A stretch of 64,000 nucleotides of DNA from Nitrosopumilus sp. (GCA_965238275.1 OZ250186.1:2080001-2144000); one strand, 5' to 3'; shown: positions 30,728 through 41,610, counted from the first letter of the stretch. A program made the numbers and translations. Notes: a model not told the origin generated them from the sequence alone.

Positions 30728-32128
30728 CTAACCGACGGAGTCATCCATCTCTAGTTTTATGAGTCTGTTCAGTTCCACTGCGTACTCCATGGGCAGTTCC
30801 TTTGTGAATGGCTCCATGAACCCGTTGACTATCAGTGACAGCGCCTCTTCCTCGTTGAACCCCCTGCTCATCAGATAGAATATCTGCTCATCGCCGATCT
30901 TTCCAACCGTTGCCTCGTGGGTGACTGTGGCATCCTCCTGGTTGATCTCCATGTATGGGTATGTGTCAGTCTTGGAGGTGTCATCCAGCAGCAACGCATC
31001 GCACCTTACAGTGGACTTTACGCCGGTTGCCCCCTTTGCGACACTGAGGAGTCCCCTGTATGTGGATCTTCCGTCCATTCTGCTTACAGACTTGGATGTG
31101 ATCTTGGAGGTCGTGTTTGGCGCAAGATGAACCATCTTGGCACCGGTATCCTGGTGCTGTCCCTTGCCGGCAAATGCAATTGAGAGTGTCTCGCCGTATG
31201 CCCTCTCGCCCATGAGATAGACTCCCGGATACTTCATTGTAAGCTTGCTTCCGATGTTTCCGTCAATCCACTCCACTGTGGCGCCCTCGTATGCATACGC
31301 ACGCTTTGTGACCAGGTTGTAGACGTCGTTACTCCAGTTCTGGATGGTGGTATACCTCAGACGCGCGTCCTTGTGTGCCACCAGTTCGACTACTGCAGAG
31401 TGCAGCGACTCTGAAGAGTATACCGGGGCCGTGCACCCTTCGATATAGTGGACTTCTGCGCCTTCGTCGACTATTATCAGGGTTCGCTCAAACTGGCCGA
31501 TGTTCTCGGCATTGATTCTAAAGTACGCCTGCAGGGGCATGTCGACTTTCACGCCGGGCGGAACGTAGATGAACGAGCCTCCGCTCCAGACTGCGCTGTT
31601 TAGTGCCGCAAACTTGTTGTCCTCCGGAGGAATGATCTTTGCAAAGTATTTTTTAAATATCTCAGGCTGCTCTTTCAGGGCAGAGTCAGTATCTAAAAAG
31701 AGAACTCCCTGCTTTTGGAGGTCTTCTCTCAGATTGTGGTATACCACCTCGGATTCGTACTGTGCGCCGACGCCTGCGAGAAACTTTTTTTCAGCCTCTG
31801 GAATTCCAAGCTTGTCAAACGTACTCTTGACATTATCCGGAACGTCGTCCCAGCTCTTTTCTGTCTTTTCAGAGGCCTTTGCATAATAGTAGATGTTTTG
31901 AAAGTCAATGACGCTCAGATTTCCGCCCCATGTAGGCATTGGCTTCTTCATGAAGATCTCATATGAGCGCAGCCTGAAATCAAGCATCCATTGTGGCTCA
32001 TCCTTCATCTTGCTGATGCCGATTACAGTCTCCTTGGTCAGGCCCTTCTTGCTGAGGTGGACGTACATCTCAGTCGAGTCCTTGAAATCATACTTTGAAT
32101 AATCCATGTCGAGATTTTCTGTAGCCAT
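30728..32128 (-). CDS. sufB: Fe-S assembly protein SufB
   Basis: [31 protein letters not shown]. Confidence 0.96.
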   Translation of the reverse strand: MATENLDMDYSKYDFKDSTEMYVHLSKKGLTKETVIGISKMKDEPQWMLDFRLRSYEIFMKKPMPTWGGNLSVIDFQNIYYYAKASEKTEKSWDDVPDNVKSTFDKLGIPEAEKKFLAGVGAQYESEVVYHNLREDLQKQGVLFLDTDSALKEQPEIFKKYFAKIIPPEDNKFAALNSAVWSGGSFIYVPPGVKVDMPLQAYFRINAENIGQFERTLIIVDEGAEVHYIEGCTAPVYSSESLHSAVVELVAHKDARLRYTTIQNWSNDVYNLVTKRAYAYEGATVEWIDGNIGSKLTMKYPGVYLMGERAYGETLSIAFAGKGQHQDTGAKMVHLAPNTTSKITSKSVSRMDGRSTYRGLLSVAKGATGVKSTVRCDALLLDDTSKTDTYPYMEINQEDATVTHEATVGKIGDEQIFYLMSRGFNEEEALSLIVNGFMEPFTKELPMEYAVELNRLIKLEMDDSVG

Positions 32129-32169
32129 GTTCAGGATAACTCCGTTATATTATAAATAGATGAGGAAAA

Positions 32170-32197
32170 ATAGGCATAGCTAAATAGCTGAAGCTAA
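32170..32197. promoter_or_regulatory. Two tandem WTAG-N6-CTAA sites upstream of the sufB TATA box
   Basis: ATAGGCATAGCTAA followed by ATAGCTGAAGCTAA; about 13 nt from TTTATA (minus strand, 32156-32151). Confidence 0.45.
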
Positions 32198-32369
32198 AAC
32201 CCTCCAGTCACATATTCTGCGGATGCGGTACGGTTCGGATGCAAATTCGCACGCCCCCCTGCGTGCTGCTGCAGGAGACGATCGCAGGCGTCTGACAAAA
32301 CATGCCAAAATGGCCGGTTTTGCCGATGCCGTCCCCTCATGGCATGCAACAGCCGGTACACGCTGCTGC

Positions 32370-33104
32370 TCATGACGCCTTGGAGAGATAGAGGTTAATC
32401 TGTTCCTCCAATGCCATGTTGAGCTGCTCGATTGTGCGGTTTCCGTCGATCACGTTCAGGTCGTATCTTTGTTTGAGAATCCTAAACTCTCCTGCAAGCT
32501 TTTGCTGGTATTTGATAAACGACTCAAACATGTCATCAGATATTCCAAGATCCGCGCCGGATTCGTAGTGATCCAGATACTGCCTCTTTGCAAATACGCG
32601 GTGAACCAGAACGTACGGGTCCACGTCAACATAAAAGATCAGATCCGGCACAAGTGCAAAGCTGTACAGATCACTTGACCACTTTCGCGCAATTCCCCGG
32701 ACCGTGTTTCTGGCCATCAGGGTGTAGATGTACCTGTCTGCCATGACTACGTGCCCCGACTGGAGCGCGGGAATAATCTTGTGCTCCAGCTGATCTGCAA
32801 AGTCGGCTGCATAAAACAGGGCAAGTGTCCGTTTTCCCAGGGAGACGTTGCGCTTGGCCTCCAGGATTCCCTCGCTGATAATCTCGGAGCGGTTTAGCCC
32901 CGTGTTTAGCACCGCGTATCCTTCCGCCTCAAGCTTTGCAGTAAGCAGCTCAATCTGCGTGCTCCGGCCCGATGCATCCGGCCCCTCAATGACAATCAGC
33001 CGTCCGGAGATCTCCAGATCCTTCAGGTATGGAATGCCGCCGGATCTCTTTGTGCCGTACCATTCTGGCATCCTGTTTGTTACCACGCCTGTCGGATCTG
33101 CCAA
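32370..33104 (-). CDS. Thymidylate-kinase-like protein with altered P-loop (putative PPK3 non-catalytic subunit)
   Basis: EGPDASGRSTQ (Lys to Arg), ADRY, PDLIFY; coupled to the upstream paralog. Confidence 0.8.
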   Translation of the reverse strand: MADPTGVVTNRMPEWYGTKRSGGIPYLKDLEISGRLIVIEGPDASGRSTQIELLTAKLEAEGYAVLNTGLNRSEIISEGILEAKRNVSLGKRTLALFYAADFADQLEHKIIPALQSGHVVMADRYIYTLMARNTVRGIARKWSSDLYSFALVPDLIFYVDVDPYVLVHRVFAKRQYLDHYESGADLGISDDMFESFIKYQQKLAGEFRILKQRYDLNVIDGNRTIEQLNMALEEQINLYLSKAS

Positions 33105-33672
33105 TCAGGTAACCTCCTTGTGTGTCGGTCTCTCTGTCTTATCTGGCAGAAGCCGTCGCACCTCATTCCTCATTAGCTGCTGCTGTTTCGGGATAGGGGC
33201 GGTGGCATCCATGATGCAAAAGTTCTCCCGCTGGCTCATCGCCTCGTACTGGGCGATTATCCTGCTTTGGAACATCCGAAAGCTCTCGTAAGAGTCCTTG
33301 GCAAGATGCAGATCCATTCCTGCCTCGTAAAATTTTATCTTCGGCCTGCCGGAAAGAATTCTGTCCATCGCAACATCAAGGGGCACCCGAAAGTAGAATG
33401 TAATGTCCGGCTTTATTGCAAAATTGTAGACGTGCCTTACCCAGTTGGGGTCGCACCCGCGTGTGGCGTCCCTTGCATACGCGGTGTAGACGTATCGGTC
33501 TGCAAGGACAAAGTATCCTGCATGCAGCAACGGCAGGATGTTCCTCTCAAACCGGTCGGCAAAATCAGTCGCGTGAAGAAGGCTGAACGTGGTAGGGACA
33601 AGCAGTTCCTTCTTTTTTCCCTTGGAGGTAATGGAGCGGACCATGTCCGATGAGTTCCACTCGGTTCTAAAC
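33105..33672 (-). pseudogene. 3' part of an IS-interrupted thymidylate-kinase-like gene (putative PPK3 catalytic subunit)
   Basis: RTEWNSS..HATDFADR..LADRYVYTAYARD..YEAGMD; joins in frame to 35144-35285 after IS removal. Confidence 0.85.
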
Positions 33673-35143
33673 CAGTAGTTGGAAATGTGTCTAATTGCAC
33701 ATGCCCAACAGTCTTTACCAAACCCATGATTAGCAACTAACTGTCCACAAATCCCGAAGATCATCACAATTGACTGTCCTGCGCACATTCCGTTGGCACC
33801 CCGGCACCGGTTGCTGCATGTCCGCGCAGCCTTGCGGCCGGCACTTGCGTGTCAATGCGTCAAGAAACACAATTCACGTGGGTGGTTCGGCCAGGCCCAA
33901 CTCTTTCATGAACCTGAGAAACAGCCTGAGCATCTTTATGAGCGTCATGTGCCTGCCGTGGAATGAGATCCGGAGCAGGTGGCGGACCAGCGCCCAGGCG
34001 TTGTAAATGAATATCGGGAAGAACAGCAGCAGCATGCGCACCGACTCGTTCCTGCTCGTGGTGCGGGGCCTGAGGGACTCGTAGTTGCTGTACGCAGTCT
34101 CCACTCCCCAGCGGAGGCGGTACTGTTCTGCGAATCCGTGTGCGCCTGTCAGGCCGCCGCCAGACTCGAACCCCAGCACCTGCGGCACCGTGGCGTTGGT
34201 GGCAAGCGTAAAGTGGCCGTTCTTCCTCTTTTGGATTATCAGTGTAAACTCGGCAGTATCGCGTCCCGAATCTATGGAATGCCGCGACACCGCCTTCCTC
34301 CTGCCGTCTTTGAACTCCTCTACGGCTTTTTTGACGCCCTTGGTCTTGATTGCAGGCACCATGAACGGGATCCCTTCACGCTCCAGCATGTTAATGATGT
34401 CCACAGAAAAGAACTCCCGGTCTATCTTTAGTGACTTGATCATTATCCCCCGCCTTCTGCAGTCTGCTATCAGTCCTGAGACCACCTCGAGGTCTGTATC
34501 TCCCCTTCTGACCAGCCGGGCTGCCAGAAACGCCCTGGAGTCTGCCACGATGCAGTTTGCAGTCGCCAGGCAGTTAAAGTTGTACGTTCCCTTTTTTGGT
34601 TTTGACTTTATGGTGTTGACGATCCTCCGGAACCTGTCGTACCTGCAGACCAGGTGTTTGTCGATTGCAATGTCCACCGGCTCCCTGAACATGCCGTGCC
34701 GCCTCATCCTGCGCACGGTGCGGTCTGTCACCGCCTGGCACCGCTTTAACATGTAGTCGTACCGGATATGGCGTATCCTGTCAAGCAGCCACCTGCCCGT
34801 GGGAATGCCCGTCCCGCCGTCCGGGTCGCTGGACCATGCAGTCTCTGCGTATTCGGTGTGCCTGCACATGCCAAACAAGCGTTCAAAAAAGTGGACCGGT
34901 CCGTACAGGGCGTTGTACCTGTCTGAGAACTTGATCTGCAACAGGGAAAACAGTACGGGACCGATGATCTTATATGCAGATTCGGCGGACTGTATTTGGA
35001 GTGATTGCTTGTTTTTCATTTGAACGTGTAAGACTCGCGCGCTCCATTTTTAACACCCAGAGTCTAATAATGGCGAACGCCTAGTGATCATAAGGAACGC
35101 GGCAAGATTAGGTGATCCTAAAAAAACACATTTCCATCTACTG
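33673..35143 (-). mobile_element. ISH3-family insertion sequence (1471 bp)
   Basis: 18-bp TIR CAGTAGTTGGAAATGTGT vs rc CAGTAGATGGAAATGTGT; 5-bp TSD TAAAC at 33668-33672 and 35144-35148. Confidence 0.9.
33874..35019 (-). CDS. ISH3/IS4-like DDE transposase
   Basis: IAIDKH, KIDREFFS, YRLRWGVETAY. Confidence 0.9.
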   Translation of the reverse strand: MKNKQSLQIQSAESAYKIIGPVLFSLLQIKFSDRYNALYGPVHFFERLFGMCRHTEYAETAWSSDPDGGTGIPTGRWLLDRIRHIRYDYMLKRCQAVTDRTVRRMRRHGMFREPVDIAIDKHLVCRYDRFRRIVNTIKSKPKKGTYNFNCLATANCIVADSRAFLAARLVRRGDTDLEVVSGLIADCRRRGIMIKSLKIDREFFSVDIINMLEREGIPFMVPAIKTKGVKKAVEEFKDGRRKAVSRHSIDSGRDTAEFTLIIQKRKNGHFTLATNATVPQVLGFESGGGLTGAHGFAEQYRLRWGVETAYSNYESLRPRTTSRNESVRMLLLFFPIFIYNAWALVRHLLRISFHGRHMTLIKMLRLFLRFMKELGLAEPPT

Positions 35144-35285
35144 TAAACACCTCAAACTTGTTATACCGCAGCCACTGCTCAAGCAGGCGAAGCTGGGTGG
35201 ACTTGCCGGAGCCGTCAATGCCCTCAACCACTATGAGTTTTCCGGGGGCGGCACTGTTTTTGGATGATCTTGTAACAGCAGACAA
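35144..35285 (-). pseudogene. 5' part of the interrupted thymidylate-kinase-like gene
   Basis: TTG start; SAVTRSSKNSAAPGKLIVVEGIDGSGKSTQLRLLEQWLRYNKFEVF with intact P-loop. Confidence 0.85.
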
Positions 35286-35537
35286 TTTCAGATTTTAAGA
35301 GAGGGCAGGGCATCTATAAGTTTTTGAACCATTCCATTTCCGAGTAACATGGACAGGGCGTATCTCACGTTTCCACGGCATCAGAATAATGGGCGGATTC
35401 GGGGGTTCTGCAAAGTTACGGTGGCCCGCGACTTGACTGATCCGCATCGACTGAAGTATTCGAATCCGGCGCGACAGAACTCACGATATCCGCATGTATC
35501 CGTGATTGTGCGCTGGTATTGGATTGGGTCACTAACT

Positions 35538-37091
35538 TTACAGTCCCGATTCAGGATAATGCACGTCTGATTCAAGTGATATCCCAAGCGTGCCTTCCAG
35601 CCTCCGGCACATCTGGTGTAGCAGCATCTCCGGAAAGATGCGCGTCTTTGGACGGATTGAGAGCGTGATGGAGTCAGGTGCATCGGATGCAGCATCCACC
35701 CTTGCAGACGTCTTGTGGAATATGTCGCATATGGAGACGACAGATGATATCTTTTTGATCAGTTTCTTGTCGCTTGATTCCAGTATATTCTCAAACCTGA
35801 GTATGAGCGGATCTATCTTGTTCTTCTTTTTGGAATAGATGAGTGCCAGGGCCACTGTGAGCTGGTCCTTGTGGCTCAGGTGGCTGTCATTATCCATGAC
35901 CGAGTACAGGACATTTTCAACATCCCTAAAGGCCCCGAGGTTGTCTATCTCGGTTAATGCATAGGAGAGCAGATCCCTTTCATGACCCGACATGAGGTTC
36001 ATGGAGAACATCAGGTGTACAAGATTGCCTGCCGATTCTGCCGGATCGCTGGGACGGGCGCAGACCACGTCCCGGATATCCGAAGGGGTCAGGGATTCGT
36101 CGCCAAACTTCTTTGGGTACTGGAGCGACAGGGCAAGTGTCCCCTCCCGAAGCCCGTGGGCGCTCACCGTAAGGCTGTCAAATCCCAGCGTCTTCATAAG
36201 CTGCAGAATCACAAGATTGCCTGCCTTGACAATGTCTGCCCGCCCCTTTCCGATTGCATGTATGCTGGCAATCTTGTCTACGGGCAGGGAGTGAATGCGT
36301 TTGTAGATCTCTGCCAGCGAATCATAACCGAGCCGGTAGTTGTGCACTTTTGAGAGGCTGTATCCCCGGCGATACTGGTCGTACCTTGCCAGTGCCCGCA
36401 GGATTCCGCCCACGCCGACTAGCACCGGTCTGTCCGAATTGGGCATGCCAAGATCGTCCCGGCTTGGAAGAATCTTGCGGACGTGGCTGGTCATTCTGTC
36501 AAGATCAGTCGTCTCGTATGTGGGCCCGTCAGAAAACATCTTAGTCAGCCTCAGCGCACCAAGCGGCAGTGACAGAACCTTCTTGATCTCATAGTTTTTG
36601 GCAAGCACCATCTCAAGGCTGCCCCCGCCAATATCAAAGAACAGTACGGATGGAATACGGAGGGCCCGGAGGGCTCCGGTGTATGAAAATACCGCCTCGT
36701 CATGATCTGAAAGTATCCTAAAGTCAAAGCCGGCTTCCCTGTGGATTCTTTGTACTATCTCGTCCCTGTTCTTGGCGTCCCTTATGGCGCTTGTGGCAAC
36801 GGATATCACATAGGATATGTTCTCAAAATCAACAATATTTCTAAAGAGCTTGAGGGACTCTACGGTTTTGTCTACATATTCCTCCCTGAGAATCTCGTCT
36901 TCCATGCCGTCAAAGAGCTTGAGGCGTACGGATTCCTGGTGGTATGGCTTGTAGGTACCGTAGCGGTTAATGGCATAGTTTGCAAGCTTGACAGAGTTTG
37001 AACCGAGATCCAGGACGGATGCGACCTTGATTTTCATGGGATTCCGGGCTTGTGCCGGTTTTGTTTCTGCACTGTCGCCCAATTGATTCAC
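35538..37091 (-). CDS. ppx: Exopolyphosphatase Ppx/GppA family
   Basis: DLGSNS, ATSAIRDA, DIGGGSLE, GLREG; start may be 37037. Confidence 0.92.
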   Translation of the reverse strand: MNQLGDSAETKPAQARNPMKIKVASVLDLGSNSVKLANYAINRYGTYKPYHQESVRLKLFDGMEDEILREEYVDKTVESLKLFRNIVDFENISYVISVATSAIRDAKNRDEIVQRIHREAGFDFRILSDHDEAVFSYTGALRALRIPSVLFFDIGGGSLEMVLAKNYEIKKVLSLPLGALRLTKMFSDGPTYETTDLDRMTSHVRKILPSRDDLGMPNSDRPVLVGVGGILRALARYDQYRRGYSLSKVHNYRLGYDSLAEIYKRIHSLPVDKIASIHAIGKGRADIVKAGNLVILQLMKTLGFDSLTVSAHGLREGTLALSLQYPKKFGDESLTPSDIRDVVCARPSDPAESAGNLVHLMFSMNLMSGHERDLLSYALTEIDNLGAFRDVENVLYSVMDNDSHLSHKDQLTVALALIYSKKKNKIDPLILRFENILESSDKKLIKKISSVVSICDIFHKTSARVDAASDAPDSITLSIRPKTRIFPEMLLHQMCRRLEGTLGISLESDVHYPESGL

Positions 37092-37095
37092 ACCC

Positions 37096-37599
37096 CTATC
37101 TGCATAGTTTTATTTGCCGAGGGGTAATGAGACTGCGCAGCGTCCCGGTAATTTTGGAGTTGTGTGTATTGCCATCCAGGATTGCAAGTCCCCCTTTTTT
37201 GAGATTTATCGCAGCAGTAGCACCAGCCTGCGATATTATTGATGAGACCAAACAGGAAAGATGGGGCTCATGGCCGACAAGAAGTATCCGGGTATCCGGG
37301 GGCAGTTTGGCAAGCAGCCTGTGCACGTCTGTCACGCTGGATTCGGGTTTCATCTCGTTCCACACGGTTACTGTCATGTCATCCCCATGGAGGGATCTTG
37401 CCACGATATCGGCAGTCTCCCTGGCCCGGGCAAGCGGACTTGACACCACATAATCAAAGGGGATGTTGATGTTCCTTATTCCGTCGGCTATCAGTTCCAT
37501 CTCATGACGGCCGGCAGGTGTCAGTCTTCTTTTGGCATCTCTCTGGACCCCGGCTGCAAAGCCCTCTGCCTTTCCGTGCCTCAGTATGTAGATCTTCAT
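37096..37599 (-). CDS. sixA: Phosphohistidine phosphatase SixA
   Basis: LRHGKA, SSPLARARETA, VGHEP. Confidence 0.92.
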   Translation of the reverse strand: MKIYILRHGKAEGFAAGVQRDAKRRLTPAGRHEMELIADGIRNINIPFDYVVSSPLARARETADIVARSLHGDDMTVTVWNEMKPESSVTDVHRLLAKLPPDTRILLVGHEPHLSCLVSSIISQAGATAAINLKKGGLAILDGNTHNSKITGTLRSLITPRQIKLCR

Positions 37600-37869
37600 T
37601 TGAGTTTAGGTTGAATATGGTTTCAAATAAGTTCATGCATTTGGCCGGATGGCCGATGCCGTCCAGAAAGCGGTTTGCGTCAGTTGACGCAGGAATAATG
37701 GCAATTTAATGCACGGCTGGACAATGCGTATTCAGGCATCTGCGTTGAAAGTACCAAACAAGACGACATCATGTGTTGTGGGATATGGTGTGCCGTATGG
37801 CAGAACGCAGCGGGGCTCCGGACATTCCGGTACGCCACTTGCCGTCCCTGCCAACTCCTGCAACAGGCG

Positions 37870-38667
37870 TCATGGAGCCGGGAGCAGGTCCTTGAGGGTG
37901 TCAAATGCGCCTGAAACCGTATGGACCTGGGATATTTTGTTTGGCACGCCAAACTTTTTCAGCTCGTCTGCAGTGAACGGCCCGATTGCAACCACGGCTG
38001 TCTTCTGCAGGTACGAGGACAGGGCTGCAGCATCGTGATCACGGGACATTATATCAAAGAACCCGCGCACAGACGACGCGCTGGTAAACACGACTCCGTC
38101 CACTGCACCCTCGGAGAACGCCTTGCGGAACCCGTTCCATTCCGTGGTGTCCTGGAAGGCGCACACGTCATAAAGATGAACCTCCAGCACGTCCAGGCCT
38201 ATCTTGTTTAGGAGTTCCTTGAGGAACGGGGTTGACGCCCCGCTTCTGGGAATGATGACTTTTTTGCCCACGGCGTTGAGTCCTGTAAACACCTCCCCCA
38301 CGCCCACAGACGAGTATGTCTTGGGAGGCATCTGGTTGACGCGTATTCCCTGCTCTTTGAGGGCCTCCCCCGTCTTTGGGCCCACTGCAACCACCGCGGT
38401 GTTGGCCACTGCAAGCCGCAGCTCATCAAGCTTGGAGTTTTGTCTGGCAGTCTCAAACAGCAGCCTTACTGCCTTGGAGCTCATAAAGACGGAATAGTCC
38501 GGAGAGTATTCTGCGGCATGCCCCAGAAACTCGTCTACTATCTGCAGGCCCCTGCTGACCAGCTGTATTGTGGGCAGCGCGTACGTCATTATGCCCTCCC
38601 CCTCGGCAAGACTGACAAACTCGGCTGCATCGTCAGGGGAGCGCGTTATCGCAATGGTCCGGTTCAT
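37870..38667 (-). CDS. hemD: Uroporphyrinogen-III synthase
   Basis: ITRS, AVGPKT, FTSASSV, AIGPFTA. Confidence 0.92.
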   Translation of the reverse strand: MNRTIAITRSPDDAAEFVSLAEGEGIMTYALPTIQLVSRGLQIVDEFLGHAAEYSPDYSVFMSSKAVRLLFETARQNSKLDELRLAVANTAVVAVGPKTGEALKEQGIRVNQMPPKTYSSVGVGEVFTGLNAVGKKVIIPRSGASTPFLKELLNKIGLDVLEVHLYDVCAFQDTTEWNGFRKAFSEGAVDGVVFTSASSVRGFFDIMSRDHDAAALSSYLQKTAVVAIGPFTADELKKFGVPNKISQVHTVSGAFDTLKDLLPAP

Positions 38668-39407
38668 GGCCTCCATCCGATCGTCTTGTGCAGGTCAACG
38701 ACCCTGCCAATTATGATGTTGGCAGGCGGTGCAATCCCATTTTCCTCTACCAGCCTTGCAATATCAGAGATTGTTCCGGTGATCATTTTTTGTCCCGGCG
38801 CGGTGCCGTCCTGAATCACTGCAACAGGCATGTCCTTGTTCATTCCCCCGGCTGCCAGCTGCCCGCAGATGGTACCAATTCGGGACAGTCCCATCATGAT
38901 TACAATCGTGTCAACAGAACCTGCAAGATTCATCCATTTGACGGATTCTGCCTCCTTTTGCGGATCCTCGTGGCCGGTTACAAACACCACAGACGAGGAG
39001 TGCCTCCGGTGCGTGAGCGGAATGCCGCAATATGCCGCAGAGCCCATCCCGGAGGTAATGCCGGGAACTATCTCATACCGGACTCCGTGTTTTTGGAGAA
39101 ACTCGGCCTCCTCGCCCCCCCTGCCAAAGATGAACGGATCCCCTCCCTTGAGCCTGACGACTGTTTTTTTGAGTCGGGCATGCCTCACCATCAGATCGTT
39201 TGTGGCATCCTGATGGGTCGTCTCATCGCCGACTGCGCGGCCGACGTACACCTTTTCTGCGGATGCAGGTATCATTGCAATTATCTTCTCGCCTACAAGC
39301 CGGTCATACAGCACCACGTCTGCGTCCCGTATAAGCTCGGCTGCGCGCAGCGTGATCAGCTTGTGATCACCGGGGCCTGCACCCACAAGGTAGACTGTAC
39401 CTGTCAT
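38664..39407 (-). CDS. cobA: Uroporphyrinogen-III C-methyltransferase
   Basis: VGAGPG, RLKGGDPFIFGRGGEE, VPGITS. Confidence 0.95.
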   Translation of the reverse strand: MTGTVYLVGAGPGDHKLITLRAAELIRDADVVLYDRLVGEKIIAMIPASAEKVYVGRAVGDETTHQDATNDLMVRHARLKKTVVRLKGGDPFIFGRGGEEAEFLQKHGVRYEIVPGITSGMGSAAYCGIPLTHRRHSSSVVFVTGHEDPQKEAESVKWMNLAGSVDTIVIMMGLSRIGTICGQLAAGGMNKDMPVAVIQDGTAPGQKMITGTISDIARLVEENGIAPPANIIIGRVVDLHKTIGWRP

Positions 39408-40336
39408 TTCGTGTTCCACTCCTCCACCTTTGCCCTCCAATTTAATGCAAGTCTGCCGATGCCCCTCCTTTGCATCTCCATTCCCGCGTCTGCTCCCAGT
39501 CTGCCCGGATCAGTCTTTCGGCCCCTCTCTTCAACCACAATGGAGTCGCTCCCGTCCACAGAGTATGCATGGGCCTTGATGCTCATCATGTCCCCGTCTG
39601 GTCTTGCATATGCGCCTATGGGAAACCTGCATCCGGATTCTATCATGCTGGACAGGGCGCGTTCTGCATCGGCTGCAAGCCTGGAATCGGGATCCTCAAT
39701 GCTCCCAAGCATCCGTATCGTGGCCTCGTCATCCTCCCGGGCAACCATGGCAAGGGCGCCCTGGCCTGGAGACGGGGAAAAGTCATCAGTATGAAGCGTC
39801 TCATACCGGACATCCAGGCCCAGCCTGCGGATTCCGGCCGCTGCAAGGACCACCCCGTCAAAGGAGCCGTCTGTCTTTCGTATCCTGGTCTCAATGTTTC
39901 CGCGGATTGGCCTTACCTGTACATCGGGCCTCATCCGGCGCACCTGGACTGCCCGTCGCAGGCTGCTGGTGCCGATAACCGAGTCTTTTGGTAGTGATTC
40001 CATGGAATGGCCGTCTGGCGTAACCAGCACGTCATTGACCTGCTCCCTTTTGGGAACAGACGCCAGAACCAGCCCCCCAGGCAGTCCTGACGGCACGTCC
40101 TTCATGCTGTGGACGGCAAAATGCACCCTGCCCTCGAACACGGCCCTGTCCACGTCCTTTTCAAATATCCCCCTTTGGTCTATTGCAAAGAGCGGCCTGG
40201 GATCGGTATCCCCCTTTGTGGCTATCGGGACCATCTCGTAATCGCAGTCAGGATTGGCATCCTTCAGCATGTCTATGACCCAGCGCGTCTGGGCCAGGGA
40301 CAGCCTGCTGCCGCGCGTTCCGATAAGATACTTCAA
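39404..40336 (-). CDS. hemC: Porphobilinogen deaminase
   Basis: GTRGSRLSL, VHSMKDVP, GTSSLRR, RGNIETR. Confidence 0.96.
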   Translation of the reverse strand: MKYLIGTRGSRLSLAQTRWVIDMLKDANPDCDYEMVPIATKGDTDPRPLFAIDQRGIFEKDVDRAVFEGRVHFAVHSMKDVPSGLPGGLVLASVPKREQVNDVLVTPDGHSMESLPKDSVIGTSSLRRAVQVRRMRPDVQVRPIRGNIETRIRKTDGSFDGVVLAAAGIRRLGLDVRYETLHTDDFSPSPGQGALAMVAREDDEATIRMLGSIEDPDSRLAADAERALSSMIESGCRFPIGAYARPDGDMMSIKAHAYSVDGSDSIVVEERGRKTDPGRLGADAGMEMQRRGIGRLALNWRAKVEEWNTK

Positions 40337-41610
40337 TTTATCACCGCTTTAAGGCCGGACCTGTACGCCTCAACGGCGCGATTCAGGTCAGAGATGGTAT
40401 GCGCGTTGGACAAAAAGACCACCTCAAACTGCGACGGTGCAACAAAGACGCCGCCCTTGAGTAGCTCATCAAAGAGCCGCTTGAACCTGCAGGCATCGGC
40501 ACCCATGGCAGTGGCATAGTCGGTTACGGGTTCCTCTGAAAAGAATATCTGCATCATGGATGATGCGGAGTTGATTTGATGGGGGATTCGGTAGTCGGTT
40601 GCAATGTCACCAATCTCCCTTGAGAACCGCTGGCAGTTTCTCTCCAGTTTGGAGTACAGCCGGCCCTTGAGCCGGTTGATCACCCGGAGGGACGCAATGG
40701 CTGCACTGACGGCTACGGGGTTTCCTGCAAACGTGCTTGCCTGGTACACCCTGCCGGAGGGGGCAAGCTGTTCCATTATGTCCCGTCTTCCCCCCACGGC
40801 GGCAATGGCAAATCCGTTGCCAAGCGCCTTGGCCATCGTGGTAATGTCGGGCCTGACGCCAAAGTACTCCTGCGCCCCGCCCGGCGAGACCCGGAACCCG
40901 GTAACCACCTCGTCAAATATCAGCACGATGCCGTTCTGCCGGGTTATTCTTCTTACCTTTTCTAGAAAGTTTTTCTCAGGCATGATCAGTCCCATGTTTG
41001 CGATAATCGGCTCAATTATTACGGCTGCAATGTCGTCATCCCCGTTTATGATACCCTCAAGATCGGCATAGTTGTTGTACTGTGCGACAAGGGTGTTCCT
41101 TGATACCTCCTCCAGCCCCCCCTCGGATACGGATATTCCGTTGTGTGCGGCCCCCGAGCCTGCCCTGACCAGAACCGAATCGTGCGCCCCGTGGTAGCAG
41201 CCTTCAAACTTTACTATCTTGTTCTTCTTGGTGTATCCCCTTGCAAGCCGGATTGCAGTCATTGTAGCCTCGCCGCCGGTGTTTACCAGCCGCACCATCT
41301 CGATTGACGGATAGTTTTCCATAATCATATCAGACAGGGTTATCTCCTGTTCTGTCGGGGCGCAGTACAGCGTTCCAAGATCCAGCTGCGCGGCAACGGC
41401 CCTGATGATCTCCGGCCTGCGGTGGCCCAGCAGCAGCGCCCCGTACCCGTTGCAGAAATCGGCAAGCCGCCTCCCGTCTGCGTCCCATATGTGGCATCTG
41501 TCAGACCGCCTTACAAAAAACGGGTACGGCTCAAAATACCTCACAGGGCTGTTGACGCCGGACGGAATAACCCCCCTTGCCTTCTCAAAGAGTCTCTCTG
41601 ACTTTGACAA
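40333..41610 (-). CDS. hemL: Glutamate-1-semialdehyde aminotransferase
   Basis: GVNSPVR, FEGCYHG, FDEVVTGFR, PSQFE. Confidence 0.96.
   Translation of the reverse strand: MSKSERLFEKARGVIPSGVNSPVRYFEPYPFFVRRSDRCHIWDADGRRLADFCNGYGALLLGHRRPEIIRAVAAQLDLGTLYCAPTEQEITLSDMIMENYPSIEMVRLVNTGGEATMTAIRLARGYTKKNKIVKFEGCYHGAHDSVLVRAGSGAAHNGISVSEGGLEEVSRNTLVAQYNNYADLEGIINGDDDIAAVIIEPIIANMGLIMPEKNFLEKVRRITRQNGIVLIFDEVVTGFRVSPGGAQEYFGVRPDITTMAKALGNGFAIAAVGGRRDIMEQLAPSGRVYQASTFAGNPVAVSAAIASLRVINRLKGRLYSKLERNCQRFSREIGDIATDYRIPHQINSASSMMQIFFSEEPVTDYATAMGADACRFKRLFDELLKGGVFVAPSQFEVVFLSNAHTISDLNRAVEAYRSGLKAVIN

Noticed and set aside
33673-33788. N-terminus MCAGQS... of ORF 33105-33788
   Set aside because: Lies inside the ISH3 end; the real N-terminus with the P-loop is at 35144-35285
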